Notes: a model not told the origin generated them from the sequence alone. DNA of 64,000 nucleotides from Pristiophorus japonicus (GCF_044704955.1 NC_091993.1:117056001-117120000); one strand, 5' to 3'; positions 50,352 through 63,764 are shown, counted from the stretch's first letter. Numbers and translations are program-made.

Positions 50352-50594
50352 TTTGCAGATTTGTTGATCCGTTGAGGTGGGAGTGGCTTAGTCAGTCATG
50401 TGATGTTCACAAGACTCAATAAAACCAGTTGGGTTCAGGGGATCCATGATAAGGTAAGTGGTTGCGAGCCTGGTGGACGAACTGGTAATGTGCAGTGTCA
50501 TTGTTAAACCTTTTGCTAATAAACCAACCAGTTCTTAATAGCAGCATGTTGCAATGAATTCTTCAGCAAAGAACCATGAAGCAAGTACATTGCA
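50352..50594 (+). mobile_element. Third copy of the solo-LTR family, 5'-truncated, with a mutated empty target
   Basis: Reverse complement of 1282-1542; target reads TTGTTGATCCGTTG at 50361-50374. Confidence 0.75.
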
Positions 50595-51664
50595 CGTTCT
50601 TTCTTTCTTTCTTCTCCATTCTAGTTAGTTCAGAGAGGTAAGTATGGGCCATGTTTACTTCCAGGACTCAAAATGCCTCAATTCCTCTTTGTTTGGGGAG
50701 TTAACTATATTCCAGCTAGGTGTTGACTTGGTGCCTTAACTTACTGCAATGTAAGGGAACAATTCTGTGCCCTTGGAATATGTTAGCAGAGGAGTGCAAG
50801 GAAAGACTTGCTGCTACAAATCTGTCAACTTTTATGAAATGCTCCAGTCGTCTTGGTTAACCCTTACCACTGGATAAAGGCCTACCTCTGTCAAGCCCGT
50901 GTGGTGGCTGGTGTGCAACAGTCACCACACATTAAAAAAATCCATGCACAGGCATCTTCCACCGTTCAATTGGAGTTCAGGACTGGAACATCTGGTCCTT
51001 CATTGAAACATCTGCGAACTCATCTCTTTTGGTGTGGAAGCAAGTCATCCTCGTGTGATGACGATGAATGCTCTGAAAATAGACTTCTGTATTTCTGTTT
51101 CAATCTTGATTTAGAGGAACTCATGTAACACTTCAAGTCAGCAAAGGAGATTGGCACTGATACACCACCGAACATTTGAGTAAACCAGTTGTTTCATTTT
51201 GAGGTTAGGTTTGATGGATTAACTGCCAACTTAATATCATGCAATTTAAATCAGCAAGTCACTGGACAAGCTCGCTGTACTACAGTGGCAGATCTACATC
51301 AAATTCTGTTTTTAATTACTGCTGGTTCGGGCATTGCATTCGGCAATTGAATCCATTCACAATCAATCAGTCATTTTACTGCCTCCCGATCCTGGCTATA
51401 TCTCCTTACAACAGCCTGCAACTGGCTGAAGTTACCCGAGACCTTTAAAGGAGCTCAAAAATATTCTTTAAAAGGGAAAAGAAAACTCTCATGAAAAACA
51501 CTGATATCCACCAGTCAGTAGTAATGGTGTTTGACCGTGAGTACCATAACATCAAACTGCATCTTAATCTGCAAACCTAGCTGAGTGAACAACTTAGCTT
51601 CCTAGTGTAAAAATCATAAGGACCTTCTCAGTCAGGATTGTGGCTATGCAGTTCCTGATTTCAT

Positions 51665-52448
51665 ATAATCATAGAAATTTACAGCACGGAAAGAGGCCAT
51701 TTCGGCCCATTGTGTCCGTGCCGGCCGAGAAAGAGCTATTCAGCCTAATCCCACTTTCCAGCTCTTGGTCCGTAGTCCTGTAGGTTACGGCACTTCAAGT
51801 ACATATCCAAGTACTTTTTAAATGTGATGAGGATTTCTGGCTCTATCACCCTTTCAGGCAGTGAGTTCCAGACCCCACCACCCTCTGGGTGAAAACATCT
51901 CCTCTCAAATCCTCCTACTAATTACTTTAAATCTATGCCCCCTGGTTGTTGACCCCTCTGATAAAGGAAATAGGTCCATCCTATCCACTCTATCTAGGCT
52001 CCTCATAATTTTATACACCTCAATTAGGTCTTCCCTCAGCCTCCTCTGTTCCAAAGAAAACAAACCCGGCCTATCCAATTTTTCCTCATAGATAAAATTC
52101 AATCCAGGCAACATCCTCTTAAATCTCCTCAGTACCCTCTCTAGTGCAATCACATCTTTCCTGTAATATGTTGACCAGAACTGCACGCAGTACTCTAGCT
52201 GTGGCCTAACTAGTATTTTGTACAGTTCAAGCATAACCTCTCTGCTCTTGTATTCTATGCCTTGGCTAATAAAGGCAAATATTCCATATGCCTTCTTAAT
52301 CACCTAATCTACCTGGCCTGCTACCTTCAGGGATCTGTGGACATGCACTCCAAGATCCTTTTGTTCCTCTACACTTCTCAGTATCGTACTATTCAATGTG
52401 TATTCCCTTGCCTTGGTAGCCCTCCCAAATGCATTACCTCACACTTCT
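51665..52448 (-). mobile_element. CR1 LINE 3' fragment
   Basis: KKAYGIFAFISQGIEYKSREVMLELYKILVRPQLEYCVQFW. Confidence 0.9.
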
Positions 52449-53359
52449 TTATTGTAATATTACTTATAGAATAGGATTTATATATAGGATTTACTGTTCA
52501 TTGGCCAATCATTGAATCAGCCCTATAGATGAAAGTTTGATACTTGAGTGGCTTTTATATCAATTCTTTTTACATTAGAACCAATTGGACAGTGAAGCCC
52601 TGCGATAGAAAACATGTCCCTGACCTCCCCATAGGTGGGCGAAGGCACAGCGCCCAGGAAGATTCCTGGTCTAGTGCTGAGTTATTGAAACTTAGCTGAG
52701 ACGACAGATGGTGCCGGGGGTTGGGGGGGGGGGGCGACATAATTACTTTCAGCGCCTCTGGATCAGGGAAGGGAAAAGTAACAATGCAATCAGCGTCCCC
52801 TGCTGGCATTGTGCATGTACAAGCACCAGATTTGGGAGGTTTTGGGATTGGCTGTGAGGCAACTTGGGGTCAAATAGATTGCTGATGATGCCAAGGCTCA
52901 CCTATGAATAACGGACACAGTGTGATTCATTCCCCAGCAATGAATCACAGCTTCAGGAAGAAGAGGAGAAAACACGCAGAAACAATAAATATAACAAGAA
53001 AAACATGTTCATTTTTTGGAAAATACTCCGTGTCTGCTGACCAAAACTGGCTCCCAATATTCTCCTGTAATGTGATGAACTTGAGCTATTCGACAAAGAG
53101 GACTCGGACCAATGTCCTTGTCCTCCTTCTTAGAAGCAGATGTCAACCCAAGCCATGATTCCAGACCGGGAACTTTTGCTTTGATTTGTGCCCAAGGGAA
53201 CTTGGGACCACCTCATAAAGATAAATGTCATGCGGCCATATTGCTCATACTTATGTTAGAATAAGCAGCGTTTCATTAATATTGAATAAAATAAAGAGTT
53301 CTGTTCTGGAATCCTTGAAAGAATATTAATTTCATTTATTTATTTGTTCATAAAATTAC

Positions 53360-53420
53360 CTTTCATTTCCCAAGTAGATTGTTTTCTGAAGTTCAGTGAG
53401 CACTGTTGGTGTTGTAAGAG
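53360..53420 (-). CDS. Gene A stalk exon (SLTTPTVLTELQKTIYLGNE)
   Basis: Acceptor gttgttgtttttacag, donor AAG|gtaatt, 61 nt, phase 1 to 2. Confidence 0.8.
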
Positions 53421-53468
53421 CTGTAAAAACAACAACACGCTAAATATTTTGCCAATGTAAAAGTTAAT

Positions 53469-54644
53469 GGGGTAGAAATTGCAGTCGGAAGCTTCCCGTG
53501 GGCGGATGCCTCCGACTTGCAAAAAATCTACGAATTTACCTGGTGGTCCAGGGGTTTTGGCGATTTGCGGTCCTGGGCCTCCACGCGTAGACCTGCGGCG
53601 AGGCCCATGTATCCCAGCGGTGCAGGAAGTTTGCAAGCACCCTTGGGATCACATGGGCCAGTTAACCAATCAAAGAAGGGTATCCCCATTCATACTTATG
53701 GTGAGTTCCTTTTGTACGGAACTCATCATCATAGGCAGTCCCTCAGAATCGAGGAAGACTTGCTTCCACTCTTAGCATGAGTTCCTAGGTGGCTGAACAG
53801 CCCAATACGAGAACCACAGTCTCTGTCACAGGTGGGACAGACAGTGGTTGAAGGGAAGGGTGGGCAGGGAGCCTGGTTTGGCGTACGCTTCTTCCGCTGC
53901 CTGCGCTTGATTTCTGCACGCTCTTGGCGACGAGACTCGAGGAGCTCAGCGCCCTCCCGGATGCACTTCCTCCATTTAGGGCGGTCTATGGCCAGGGACT
54001 CCCAGGTGTAAGTGGGGATGTCGCACTTTATCAGGGAGGCTTTGAGGGTGTCCTTGTAACGTTTCCTCTGCCCGCCTTTGGCTCGTTTGCCATGGATGAG
54101 TTCCGAGTAGAGCACTTGCTTTGGGAACTATCATAAGTGTGAATGGGGATCACTTAAAAAACACACAAACACATGAAATAAATAAATAAAAAACATTACA
54201 TATTTAAAATGAATTAAAATGCCATTTAATTAAATATTTTAAACAAAAATTATTTTTTTGAAATCTTTTTTTATAACAGGGCTAACAATAAACTTACCTT
54301 ATGGACAGGGTTTTTAAAGTATAAATGATCGCTAACATTTTTCTATTTAAAAAAATTTGTACTCTGGTAAAAGCAGGCCTTACGCCGGCTTTTACCAGGT
54401 GTAAGAATTTCAAAGGCATTCGCTTGGGCAGAAGTTGGGCAAATAACCCAGCTCTCCGCCTGCAAATGTCCTTTTCTTTCAGATTCGTACGATCTGTCAG
54501 GGGGCATTCTTACAGATCGCAAGTTCCGGATTTTCGGCGCATGTGCAGTGCATGCCTGAACCGCAATGCATGCCGGAACTTGTGTGGCCCCTACGGGCAC
54601 GTGTGCATCTCGTACGCGCCCCTGGGGTCTGCAAATTCTGCCCC
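53469..54644. mobile_element. Harbinger-type MITE with a nested RTE 3' fragment (about 53722-54128, minus)
   Basis: TIRs GGGGTAGAAATTGC / GGGGCAGAATTTGC; RTE ORF LYSELIHGKRAKGGQRKRYKDTLK..CPTCDRDC..GLFSH. Confidence 0.75.
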
Positions 54645-57249
54645 TATATCGTGCTTCATGCACACTGTGATACATACTTTTTGCCTTTGCTGAATGTTTT
54701 AAACTTGTACTATACTAGAAGCAGCATTACACCGAGTTTTCTGCGAGCTCGGGACTGCAATGCACAGAAAGTACATATTACCTTATGGCAGATGAACGTC
54801 AATTAATATGCAGGGTGGTGGTCCCTGAAACAATGGTGTTATCACATGTTAATGCAGGCTGGATCTGAGACATACAACAGCAACCTGCATTTATATAGTG
54901 CCTTGAAAGTAGTAAAACGCCCCACGGCGCCACGAGCTATCACAGATTGATCACATAGCGGGACAAACAGCCCTGTCGGTGACAAAGATTGCAACTTTCA
55001 ATGAAGGGCCCAGCTGTTTCTTGGAGCTTTTTGGGAAATGGGACAAGGACATTGATTGGCTTGAGTCCTCTTTGAGTTCAGGGTCCCAAGTTCTCATATT
55101 GCAGAACAATATTGGGAAGCCAGACACTCTTTTTACAGCTAACATAAATAAATAGTTACTCTACTCAAACTGTACCGAACCGTGAAAATTATGAAGGGGT
55201 TTTGTAGGGTAGATGTAGAGAAAATATTTCCACTTGTTCAAGAGTCCAAAACTAGGGGCCATAAATGTAAGACAGTCAGTAATAAATCCAGTATTCAGGA
55301 GAAACCTCTTCACCCAGAGAGTGGTTAGAATGTAATGATGTAGTGATTAGCACAGACACATTTAAGGTGAAGCTAGATATATATATGAGGGAGAAAGGAA
55401 TTGAAGGATATGCTGATAGGTTGAGATGAGGTTGGGTGCGAGGAGCCTTGTGTGGAGCATTAACCACTGGCATAGACCAATCGGGTCAAATGTCCTGTTG
55501 CTGTGCTGTAAATTCTATATCATTCCATATGCTGTGGTTAATACTGAGATCAGGCCTGGGTTTCATGATGCACCTTCCAAAGTCTCTAGGGAAGGTGAGG
55601 AGCAAAGGCAATTGATCCCAAAGGGATCGATTGCCTCAAGATGCAGACCCTGGTTTCCCTGCTGGGAATTATGGAAAATGTGTTGTTCTTCTCTTTGGCC
55701 TGCTGAGGGCCTTGGGTCTCTTCTCGTGGCAGTGCAAGGTGCTGCTCCAGTGTCTCACCGGTAATTGAAGGCGGGCAACTCCGTTTTGACTCGACGGGTA
55801 TGGGTTTGCCTGCCCGAGTATGGTCCCTGGGACTTGGGACTGGATCATCACGCTGGAGAGATTGAAATCTCACCCTGCTGCCTTTCTGGCATGGGAGCAA
55901 GGACCCAGCAATATTGGGCCCTAAATTAACACTACAAAAATTCGCACTGAATTACACTTAGTGCAGACTAACCTCAGCAGTGAACGTTGTGCAATTTCAA
56001 AATAATTTTGAGATGGAGAAGTTGAGGAATTGAGCTTGGCCAAAAGCAGCAAGTAAGCCGGTTTGCGAAATAAGGTCAGCTGCCAATTAGTTTACCACAG
56101 CGGTGAAGCCTCTTCTAATTACAGAATTACAAGCATTTTATTTTTTGATTAAGTACGTATGTCAGCACTGGGGAAGTGAAGCACTTCTCCTCATGCCCGT
56201 GTCAAGCACTCTCACATCAACACTAGCTACAGAGTAAGGCGACTTCGATCTTTTTATTGCTCGTTCGCGGGATGTGGGCATCGCTGGAAAGGCCGGCATT
56301 TATTGCCCATCTCTAATTGCCCTTGAGAAGGTGGTGGTGATCCGCCTTCATGAACCGCTGCAGTCTGTGTGGTGAAGGTGCTGCCACAGTGCCGTTAGGG
56401 AGGGAGTTCCAGGATTTTGACCCAGCATCGATGAAGGAGCGGCGATATATTTCCAAATCAGGATGGTGTGTGACTTAGAGGGGACGGTGGAGGTGATGGT
56501 GTTCCCATGCGCCTGCTCCCAACCGGATGTCTGAACACCGGCCTTAAAAGGATTCTGCTATGATGAACTGGGCACGTGTTTCACACATCAGACTTTCCCG
56601 AGTGCTACTCCACAGACAGTTTTATTTCCAAGATTCTCATCGCTCCACCATTGGCAGCTGTGCCTTCAGCTGCCTGGGCCCTAAGCTCTAAAATTCCCTC
56701 CCTAAACCCCTCTACCTCTCTTCTCCTTTAAGACAATCCTTAAAACCTACCTCTTTGACCAAATTTTTGGTCACATTTCCTAATATCTCCTCATGTGGCT
56801 TGGTGTCAAATCTTCCCTGATAACGCTCTTGTGATTCACCAGGGGACATTTTATTACGTTTAAGGCACTGTATAAATGCAAGTTTTTGTAACTGTACTGT
56901 GCATACTTGGAACTGAAATTGAGAAAACACTGAGTAAGAAATTCACGGTCCCAGGAAGGACTGTTACTGCAGGTTTTCGGCGTCCATTCGGCAAAATCGA
57001 TTGGCCACCGCATTTAGGTCGACTGGCCCTGGCGACGTATTTTCAGCGCGGGGGCTTTTTCGGCAGTGAGGCCTATCCGCTTGTGGCGGCGGTGATGTCA
57101 TCAGGGTGCGGGTCGCTGCTATGTGACCACGCCGCCCAAATTCAGCGTGAAAAAGTGAGTTTTTTTCCCCCAGCAGTGCCCCCCACCAGCTTTTTGGGTT
57201 GGTGCACTTGGCTGTGCAACTCAACCCTGCTGGAGGAGGACAGTGGAGG

Positions 57250-57897
57250 ATCCTGGCAATTGGAAGGCATTCCACTTCCTCAATGTGCAGCTGGTGTGCG
57301 ACCAGCAGCGTAGGATCCTGGCAGTTGATGCCAGGTATCCAGGCAGCAGCCATCGTTCATTCATTCTGCGCCAGACCAATATGGCCGCCCTCTTTACCAG
57401 CCCAAATCAGGATTGTGGATGGCTGCTTGGCGACAAGGGGTATCCCCTGTCCACTTGGCTGCTGACTGCACTGCCCAGGACAGTGGCAGAGCATGCCTAC
57501 AATGAAGCGCATTCTGGCACCAGGTGCATCATTGAGCACTGCGTTGGGATCCTCAAGTAGAGGTTTCGTTGCCTGGGCTGGTCTGGTGGCGCATTGCAGT
57601 ACTCTCCTCAATTGGTCTCCATATTCGTGGTGGTCTGCTGCATGCTGCACAACCTGGCCCTCATGAAGGGGCCAGCCGCTGGAGGTCGAGCCAGCAGTGC
57701 CACCTAATGATAAGGAGGAGCAGGAGGAGGAGGAGGAGGCGCAGGAGGAGGAGGAAGAGGCGCAGGAGGAGGAGGAGGAGGAGGAGGAGGAGGAGGAGGA
57801 GGAGAATCCCCGTCGTCACCCAGCCAGGAGGTGTCGGCGCCAACGCGACACTGCAAGGGAGGTGCAGACACGTCTCGTTGCTGCTCGATTCACATAA
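57250..57897 (+). pseudogene. PIF/Harbinger DDE transposase (HARBI1-like), C-terminal half
   Basis: NWKAFHFLNVQLVCD..RYPGSSH..WLLGDKGYPL..YNEAH..TRCIIEHCVGILK*RFRCL..CCMLHN; poly-Glu (GAG)n tail at 57713-57803. Confidence 0.9.
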
Positions 57898-58081
57898 TGT
57901 CATCCACACATGACCCTTCAGCTCCCACTTTCCATGGCCAGCCCAATGAGTGTCTTCACACAGAACTGCCCACTCCCAAGTGAGACACCTGGCCAGATAT
58001 AGGTGCAAAAATTAAAGATTTATGACATAATTAACGGTACTATAAACTTATACAAAAACATCACTTTTCACCCTTGTGCAT

Positions 58082-60165
58082 CTCCTTATAACCCTTCTGA
58101 CACGTGCCTAACCTACTACTACGCCTAAGTGTCTCCCGTGTGGCTGCCTCATGGGTCTGGGAACGCTGCTGCGATTCGTGTGTGGGAGTTACTGATGTCC
58201 TTCTCGGACGCCCTCCACCACCTTTCGGCCTGGAAGGGCCGGGTGCAGACTGGGCAGCACCCTCCTGGGAGGGTTCCAGTCTGGCTTGGCTCAGGCGAGA
58301 TCATGCGCGGAGGCACTCGCACAGAGTGGCAGGTCTGGGGCCAGGAATGTCGTGGTCCTGAGAGAGCACATCATCAGGATCCTGGTCTGAGGAGCTTGCG
58401 TCACTCCCCGGGGCTGGCACATTACCACCATCACCGAGCTGAGGGAGGTCAGGTCGGTGCTGTGGCACGACACCGGAAGGTCCCCCATGGCTCGTGTTGG
58501 ACCCAGCCACGAATGCAACATTGAGGTATCGGGTGACATCGAGCTGAGGCTGCATGAGAACAGCCAGAGTCCCAAAACCAGCAGACATGGCAGCAGTTTG
58601 ATGCTCCGTGGCAGCAGTAAGACGCTCCGTGGCTTGTTGCCCAGAGTGCATAAGAGCATTCTAAGCTTCCAGGGCCACGGCCATCCTCTCCAATCCAGCA
58701 CCGATGCACTCGTTCCCTCGTGCCTGTGCTGAAATGGCAGCTGCCACATCACCTGCAGGTTGCGGCATCACAGCTGGATCCACACGGTCACTCTGGGAGT
58801 CCACCATCGCCTGCACACTGGCAACGATGGGCTCCATGGAGTGCGCAGAGCTGTCGACTATGCGGGAGGCGGACTCCTCCACACTCCTCACCACTTCCGA
58901 CAGCCTCTCTGGCACACTTGTCAATGCCCCCAACATCTGGGAACGCATGGCCTCCACCCTTCTCTTGTAAGCCACAACATCGCTGTCATCATCTGAGTCC
59001 TAGCCCCGTCACCATGGTGCAGCCCGCTAGGCCCTGGTGCAACACCCAGTGCAGACCCCTGTACCACCTCATCTATATCGCACCGCGCATTCCCAGTATC
59101 CGAGCTGGCGCGTGTGGGTGGAAGCAGTTGGTGCCATCAGTGTCCTCTTCCTCTTCCTCATCAGTCTCTTCCACAAACAATATAGCGCTATCCAGGCTGT
59201 CGGCGATGTTGCCGGCCTCAATCTCACCAGTGCTCGAATTATAAATGTCATCAACTATTTGGAGACAGATCTGATGCAGGCCTCCAGCTGCTCTGTGTGC
59301 TGTCTCCTGCATCTCTGCACTCATGTCTGTGCTGCCACTTGGTCTCTCACCTGCAAGCATAAATGGGAGAAGGGCTGCCGTGAGAAGGAGGTGGGGGATT
59401 GAGGCGTGGAGCCTGCAACTAGCAGACTTCCAGAAGGAAAGGCACAGTAGGCACTGGCACATTGAAGGAGAGAGCGCATTAAAGGAGGGCCCCATTTACC
59501 CACATCTGCATCAGCAGTTGCCTGGCCCACAGGGAACGCACCATGAGCACCCACAAGCATCTCAACCCTCTCCTCCAGGGGCGAGCACCTGGATGTTGGC
59601 CTCTCCACCCCCAGTCATCCTCTGTTCCATACGATTGTGAGCCAGTTTGGCCTGCAAAACAAAGCATGGTTGGTAAACACCACTGTGATGATGCATCATG
59701 AATGAGTGCACAAGTATTTGTCCCTGACATGCAGCTGTAAGTGTAAGATGAAAGGAAGCCTCCATTGCAAGAATACATATATACACATTTATATATATAT
59801 GTATGTTATGCGGCATGAACAATGATATGCTGCTTCAGTGACTAAACAGTGAGGAGGTGAATTAACAGAATTATGAAGGAGAGGCGCACAGATGCAAGTC
59901 AGCAGTTGGTGGACCAGGTACTCACTTTCATCATCCGTATTATGTCATTCAGTTGTTTTCTGCATTGTGTTGGCATCCTGCTGTGAATTGAGGTGCCTGA
60001 GACCTCCACTGCAATCTCCCTCAATGCATTTTGGATGCTCTCCCAGTTTGGTCTCCCCGCGTCAGGGTACAGGATGCACCTCCTTCCCTCCACACCCTGT
60101 GCGAAGGTCTCCAGCTCAGCATCCGTGAACCTGCTTGCTCTTCGACCTACTCCCATACCAGCCAT
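58082..60165 (-). pseudogene. Harbinger Myb/SANT-like accessory gene, multi-exon, convergent with the transposase
   Basis: Exon 1 RASRFTDAELE..RMPTQCRKQLNDIIRMMK|gtgagt; exon 2 cag|AKLAHNRMEQRMTGGG; downstream coiled-coil-like ORF 58661-58975. Confidence 0.8.
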
Positions 60166-60333
60166 CCAGCACCAAAGCTCCTTCAGCCCTCGGGGCCTGG
60201 CTGCAAATGCTGGCCTTCAAGAAGGTCTGGAAGCAGCTGGCTCGTTTGTCCACTTTATCTCCATGCCGAATTTCTCTGTGGTGATCCTGCTACAATGAAG
60301 ACACCCACACTGCTGCAAAGTGGCCTTAATACA

Positions 60334-60865
60334 GAAACATAGAAACATAGAAAATAGGTGCAGGAGTAGGCCATTCGGCCCTTCGAGCCTGCACTGCCAT
60401 TCAATATGATCATGGCTGATCATGCAACTTCAGTACCCCATTCCTGCTTTCTCTCCATACCCCTTGATCCCTTTAGCCGTAAGGGTCACATCTGACTCCC
60501 TTTTGAATATATCTAATGAACTGGCCTCAACAACTTTCTGTGGTAGAGAATTACACAGGTTCAGATTTCTCTGAGTGAAGAAGTTTCTCCTCATCTCGGT
60601 CCTAAATGGCTTACCCCTTATCCTTGGACTGTGACCCCTGGTTCTGGACTTCCCCAACATCGGGAACATTCTTCCTGCATCTAACCTGTCCAATATTGTC
60701 AGAATGTTATATGTTTCTATGAGATCCCCTCTCATTCTTCTAAATTCCAGTGAATATAAGCCGAGTCGATCCAATCTTATTCCTTATGTAGTCCTGCCAT
60801 CCCGGGAATCAGTCTGGTGAACCATCGCTGCACTCCCTCAATAGCAAGAATGTCCTTCCTCAGAA
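60334..60865 (-). mobile_element. CR1 LINE 3' fragment
   Basis: DRLGLYSLEFRRMRGDLIETY..; (TTTCTATG)n tail. Confidence 0.9.
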
Positions 60866-61244
60866 TGAGTCCAGCCACTCATTAGCGCCGAAAGCCATTT
60901 TTTTTTGTGAATTTTGGTCTGGGGCCAGACGCAAAATCTTCGGCAGTCATCGGCCGAGAAAGTTGGGAGGTGCCCGGTCTGATCACTATCTAGCTTAGTG
61001 CATTGGCAGTAGTGCGTGCATGTGGACATCAGGACATCCCAAATCCATTGGTGGGGCCAATGCTCAGGGTGAATACCCAGGCATGTTACAGCACTGTGGC
61101 AGCACACATTATAGGTTTTCTATAGGTAGAAGATCAGCCACGATCTTATTGAATGGCGGAGCAGGCTCGAAGGGTTGAATGGCCTCCTCCTGCTCCTATT
61201 TCTTATGATCACATAACTGAGGAAGCTAAGTCTTAAACTGGGTA

Positions 61245-61790
61245 CAGCTTTGGTCTCCTTACTTAAGGAGGGATATACTTGCATTGGAGGCAGTTCAGAG
61301 AAGGTTCACTAGGTTGATTCCTGAGATGAGAGGGTTGTCTTATGAAGAAAGATTTGAGTAGGTTGGGCCTATACTCATTGGAGTTTAGAAGAATGAGAGG
61401 TGATCTTATTGAAACGTATAAGATTCTGAGGGGGCTGGACAGGGTAAATGCAGAAAGGCTGTTTCCCCTCATGGGGGAATCTATAACTAGGGGGCATAAT
61501 TTCAGAATAAGGGGTCACCCATTTAAAACGGAGATGAGGAGGAATTTCTTCTCAGAGGTTTGTGAATCTTTTTAATTCTCTGCCCCAGAGAGCTGTGGAG
61601 GCTGGGTCACTGAATATATTTAAGGTGGAGATGGACAGATTTTTGAAAGATAGGGGAGTCAAGGGTTATGGGGAGCGGGCAGGGAAGTGGAGTTGAGGCC
61701 AAGATCAGATCAGCCATGATCTTATTAAATGGCGGAACAGTTTCAAGGGGCCAAGTGGCCTACTCCTGCTCCTATTTCTTATGTTCTAAC
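61245..61790 (+). mobile_element. CR1 LINE 3' fragment
   Basis: RLGLYSLEFRRMRGDLIETYKILRG.. Confidence 0.9.
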
Positions 61791-62217
61791 TGCTCCTACA
61801 CCTGTTCTCAGCAGACATGGTGGTGTATCTCATGGGATTCCTGGGGAAGCTTGGTATACACTGAAGACACTCCCCACCAAGATGTTGCTGAGATGTAAGG
61901 GTGGGAAAATGTTGGTCAAAGAAATATCTGGCCCACTGGGTCGAATTTGGCATTTCTCTGTGAATGTGGCAGAAACCCGATAGATGCATTTTCTACCCCC
62001 AAAATTCCAACACCTCCACCTGTACCAGAACATATGAAATCTACCCTCTACCAAAAGTTCTTCGTTCACTGACGGATCGCACAAATTACAATATGCTAGT
62101 CAAAAAAAAATGGTTTTGTTTGCTGAGCATTGCAATAGTCCCTCTTATCAGAACATTTAACACTTTATTTAAGTAAATAGGAACTGCTCATTAGGAAGAA
62201 ATTAATGTGTAGCTTAC

Positions 62218-62541
62218 ATTCAGAAACGTTCAGTTGTACTGGAACCATTTCGTCGTAGCCCATGATTGTAATGCCGCACCAGTAATGCCCCGCGTCCTCC
62301 ATGGATAGTTCGGTTATGGTTACTGCAAACACCCCACTGGTCTGGTTGTCCATAGCAATGATCCTTTTGCCAACGGTTGCACGCTGTTTTTGAGTACGAG
62401 CAATCACACTGCATGATTTTCTCTCCAACCCTTTGCACAAGTACTTCTCGTGGTGTTTGTAATATGATACACGATACTGACACTTTATGGTGACAGCTTC
62501 TCCTAAGATCCCGTACACCTGTTTTGGCCCAGCTACTCCGG
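62218..62541 (-). CDS. Gene A CD300/pIgR-like Ig-V exon (membrane-proximal)
   Basis: Acceptor cctcttatacctgcag, donor T|gtaagc, 324 nt, phase 1-1; GEAVTIKCQY..EKYLCKG..SC..DNQTSGVFAVTITELSMEDAGHYWCG. Confidence 0.93.
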
Positions 62542-62927
62542 CTGCAGGTATAAGAGGACAATGTATAAGTGCTTAAGGTCATGCAGAGCACACACGGGCT
62601 GTACAGAGTGAGAGCTAGCGCAGAATCGCAGTATTTTATGGCATTCGGCCCATCATGTCTGTGCTGGCTCTGTGAAAGAGCTGTCCACTTATTCCAATCC
62701 CTTTGACTTTTAAAAGAGCAAAAAGTCCGTAGACTTTTAAAATATTATTTTTCAAGGATGGCCAGATCCTTCCTACTTTACCAGTCAAACTGATCCCTGA
62801 AAGATCTTATGAAGTGACAGGGATAGATAATTCATTCATTTTTAGCCAAACAATTCACCTTGGTGGGCAATTTTGGGACAAATTCTATGTTCAACCTCAG
62901 CTTTGAACACTAAAGCATCTTCTAGAG

Positions 62928-63228
62928 TTAAACCAAGGCCCCGTCTGTCTTCTCAGGTGGACGTAAAAGATCCTATTTCGAAGAAGAGCAGTGGAGTTAT
63001 CCCCGGTGTCCTAGGCAATATTTATCGCTCAATCAACATCACTAAAACAGATTATATGGTCATTATCACATTGCTGTTTGTGGGAGCTTGCTGTGCACAA
63101 ATTGGCTGCCGCGTTTCCTACATTACAATACTGACTATACTTAAAAAGTACTTCTTTGACTGTTAAGCACTTTGGGATGTCTGGTGGCCGTGAAAGTCGC
63201 TATATAAATGCAAGTCTTTCTTTCTTTT
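62928..63228 (+). mobile_element. HE1-like SINE, 5'-truncated
   Basis: TTAAACCAAGGCCCCGTCTG..GCAAGTCTTTCTTTC. Confidence 0.8.
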
Positions 63229-63434
63229 CATTTAAGACTATTTTAATTTAATTCTTCTGCACTATCAGTCAAATGTACAGGTTATTTATTGTTCCTGAAT
63301 ATATAATTTAAGTCTAAGAATAATTTTTTAATCTCTGAGCAAGACCAAGAATGTTTAAACAGGTAACAGCCACAGGGAACAGTTTATTATTGGCATGCTT
63401 ATATTGTACTTGAAGTAAAATGGTGATTAATTAC

Positions 63435-63764
63435 TTAGCTTATCTTCAAGGACGTTCAATTTGACAGGAGCCATTTCATCCTTTCCCAGCATTGTTATCC
63501 CACACCAATACCACCCTGCATCTTCGAATGATAATTGTTTCATTGTCACAGAAAATATCCCACTGGTTTTGTTGTCCACAACGTTGAATCTTTCCTGCCA
63601 TCTTCTTTGAGTGCCAGCCATCACTGTGCAGGAATATCTCCGTGTTCCTTTACACCAGTATTTCTCGGAATTCCTGTTAAGTGGTGTGCTGTAGCGACAA
63701 TCGACAGTGACGGATCCTCCTAACTTTCCGTTCACCTCCTGTGGTCCCGATATTCCGTGGGAAC
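63435..63764 (-). CDS. Gene A CD300/pIgR-like Ig-V exon (more N-terminal)
   Basis: Acceptor ctctctgttccaacag, phase 1; ISGPQEVNGKLGGSVTVDCRY..EKYWCKG..SC..DNKTSGIFSVTMKQLSFEDAGWYWCG; usable donor A|gtaatt. Confidence 0.92.

Noticed and set aside
57569-58008. Poly-Arg and poly-Leu ORFs
   Set aside because: Alternative frames of the (GAG)n poly-Glu tract
61900-62020. Possible alternative terminal exon after the second V exon
   Set aside because: Weak acceptor, early stop, no supporting features
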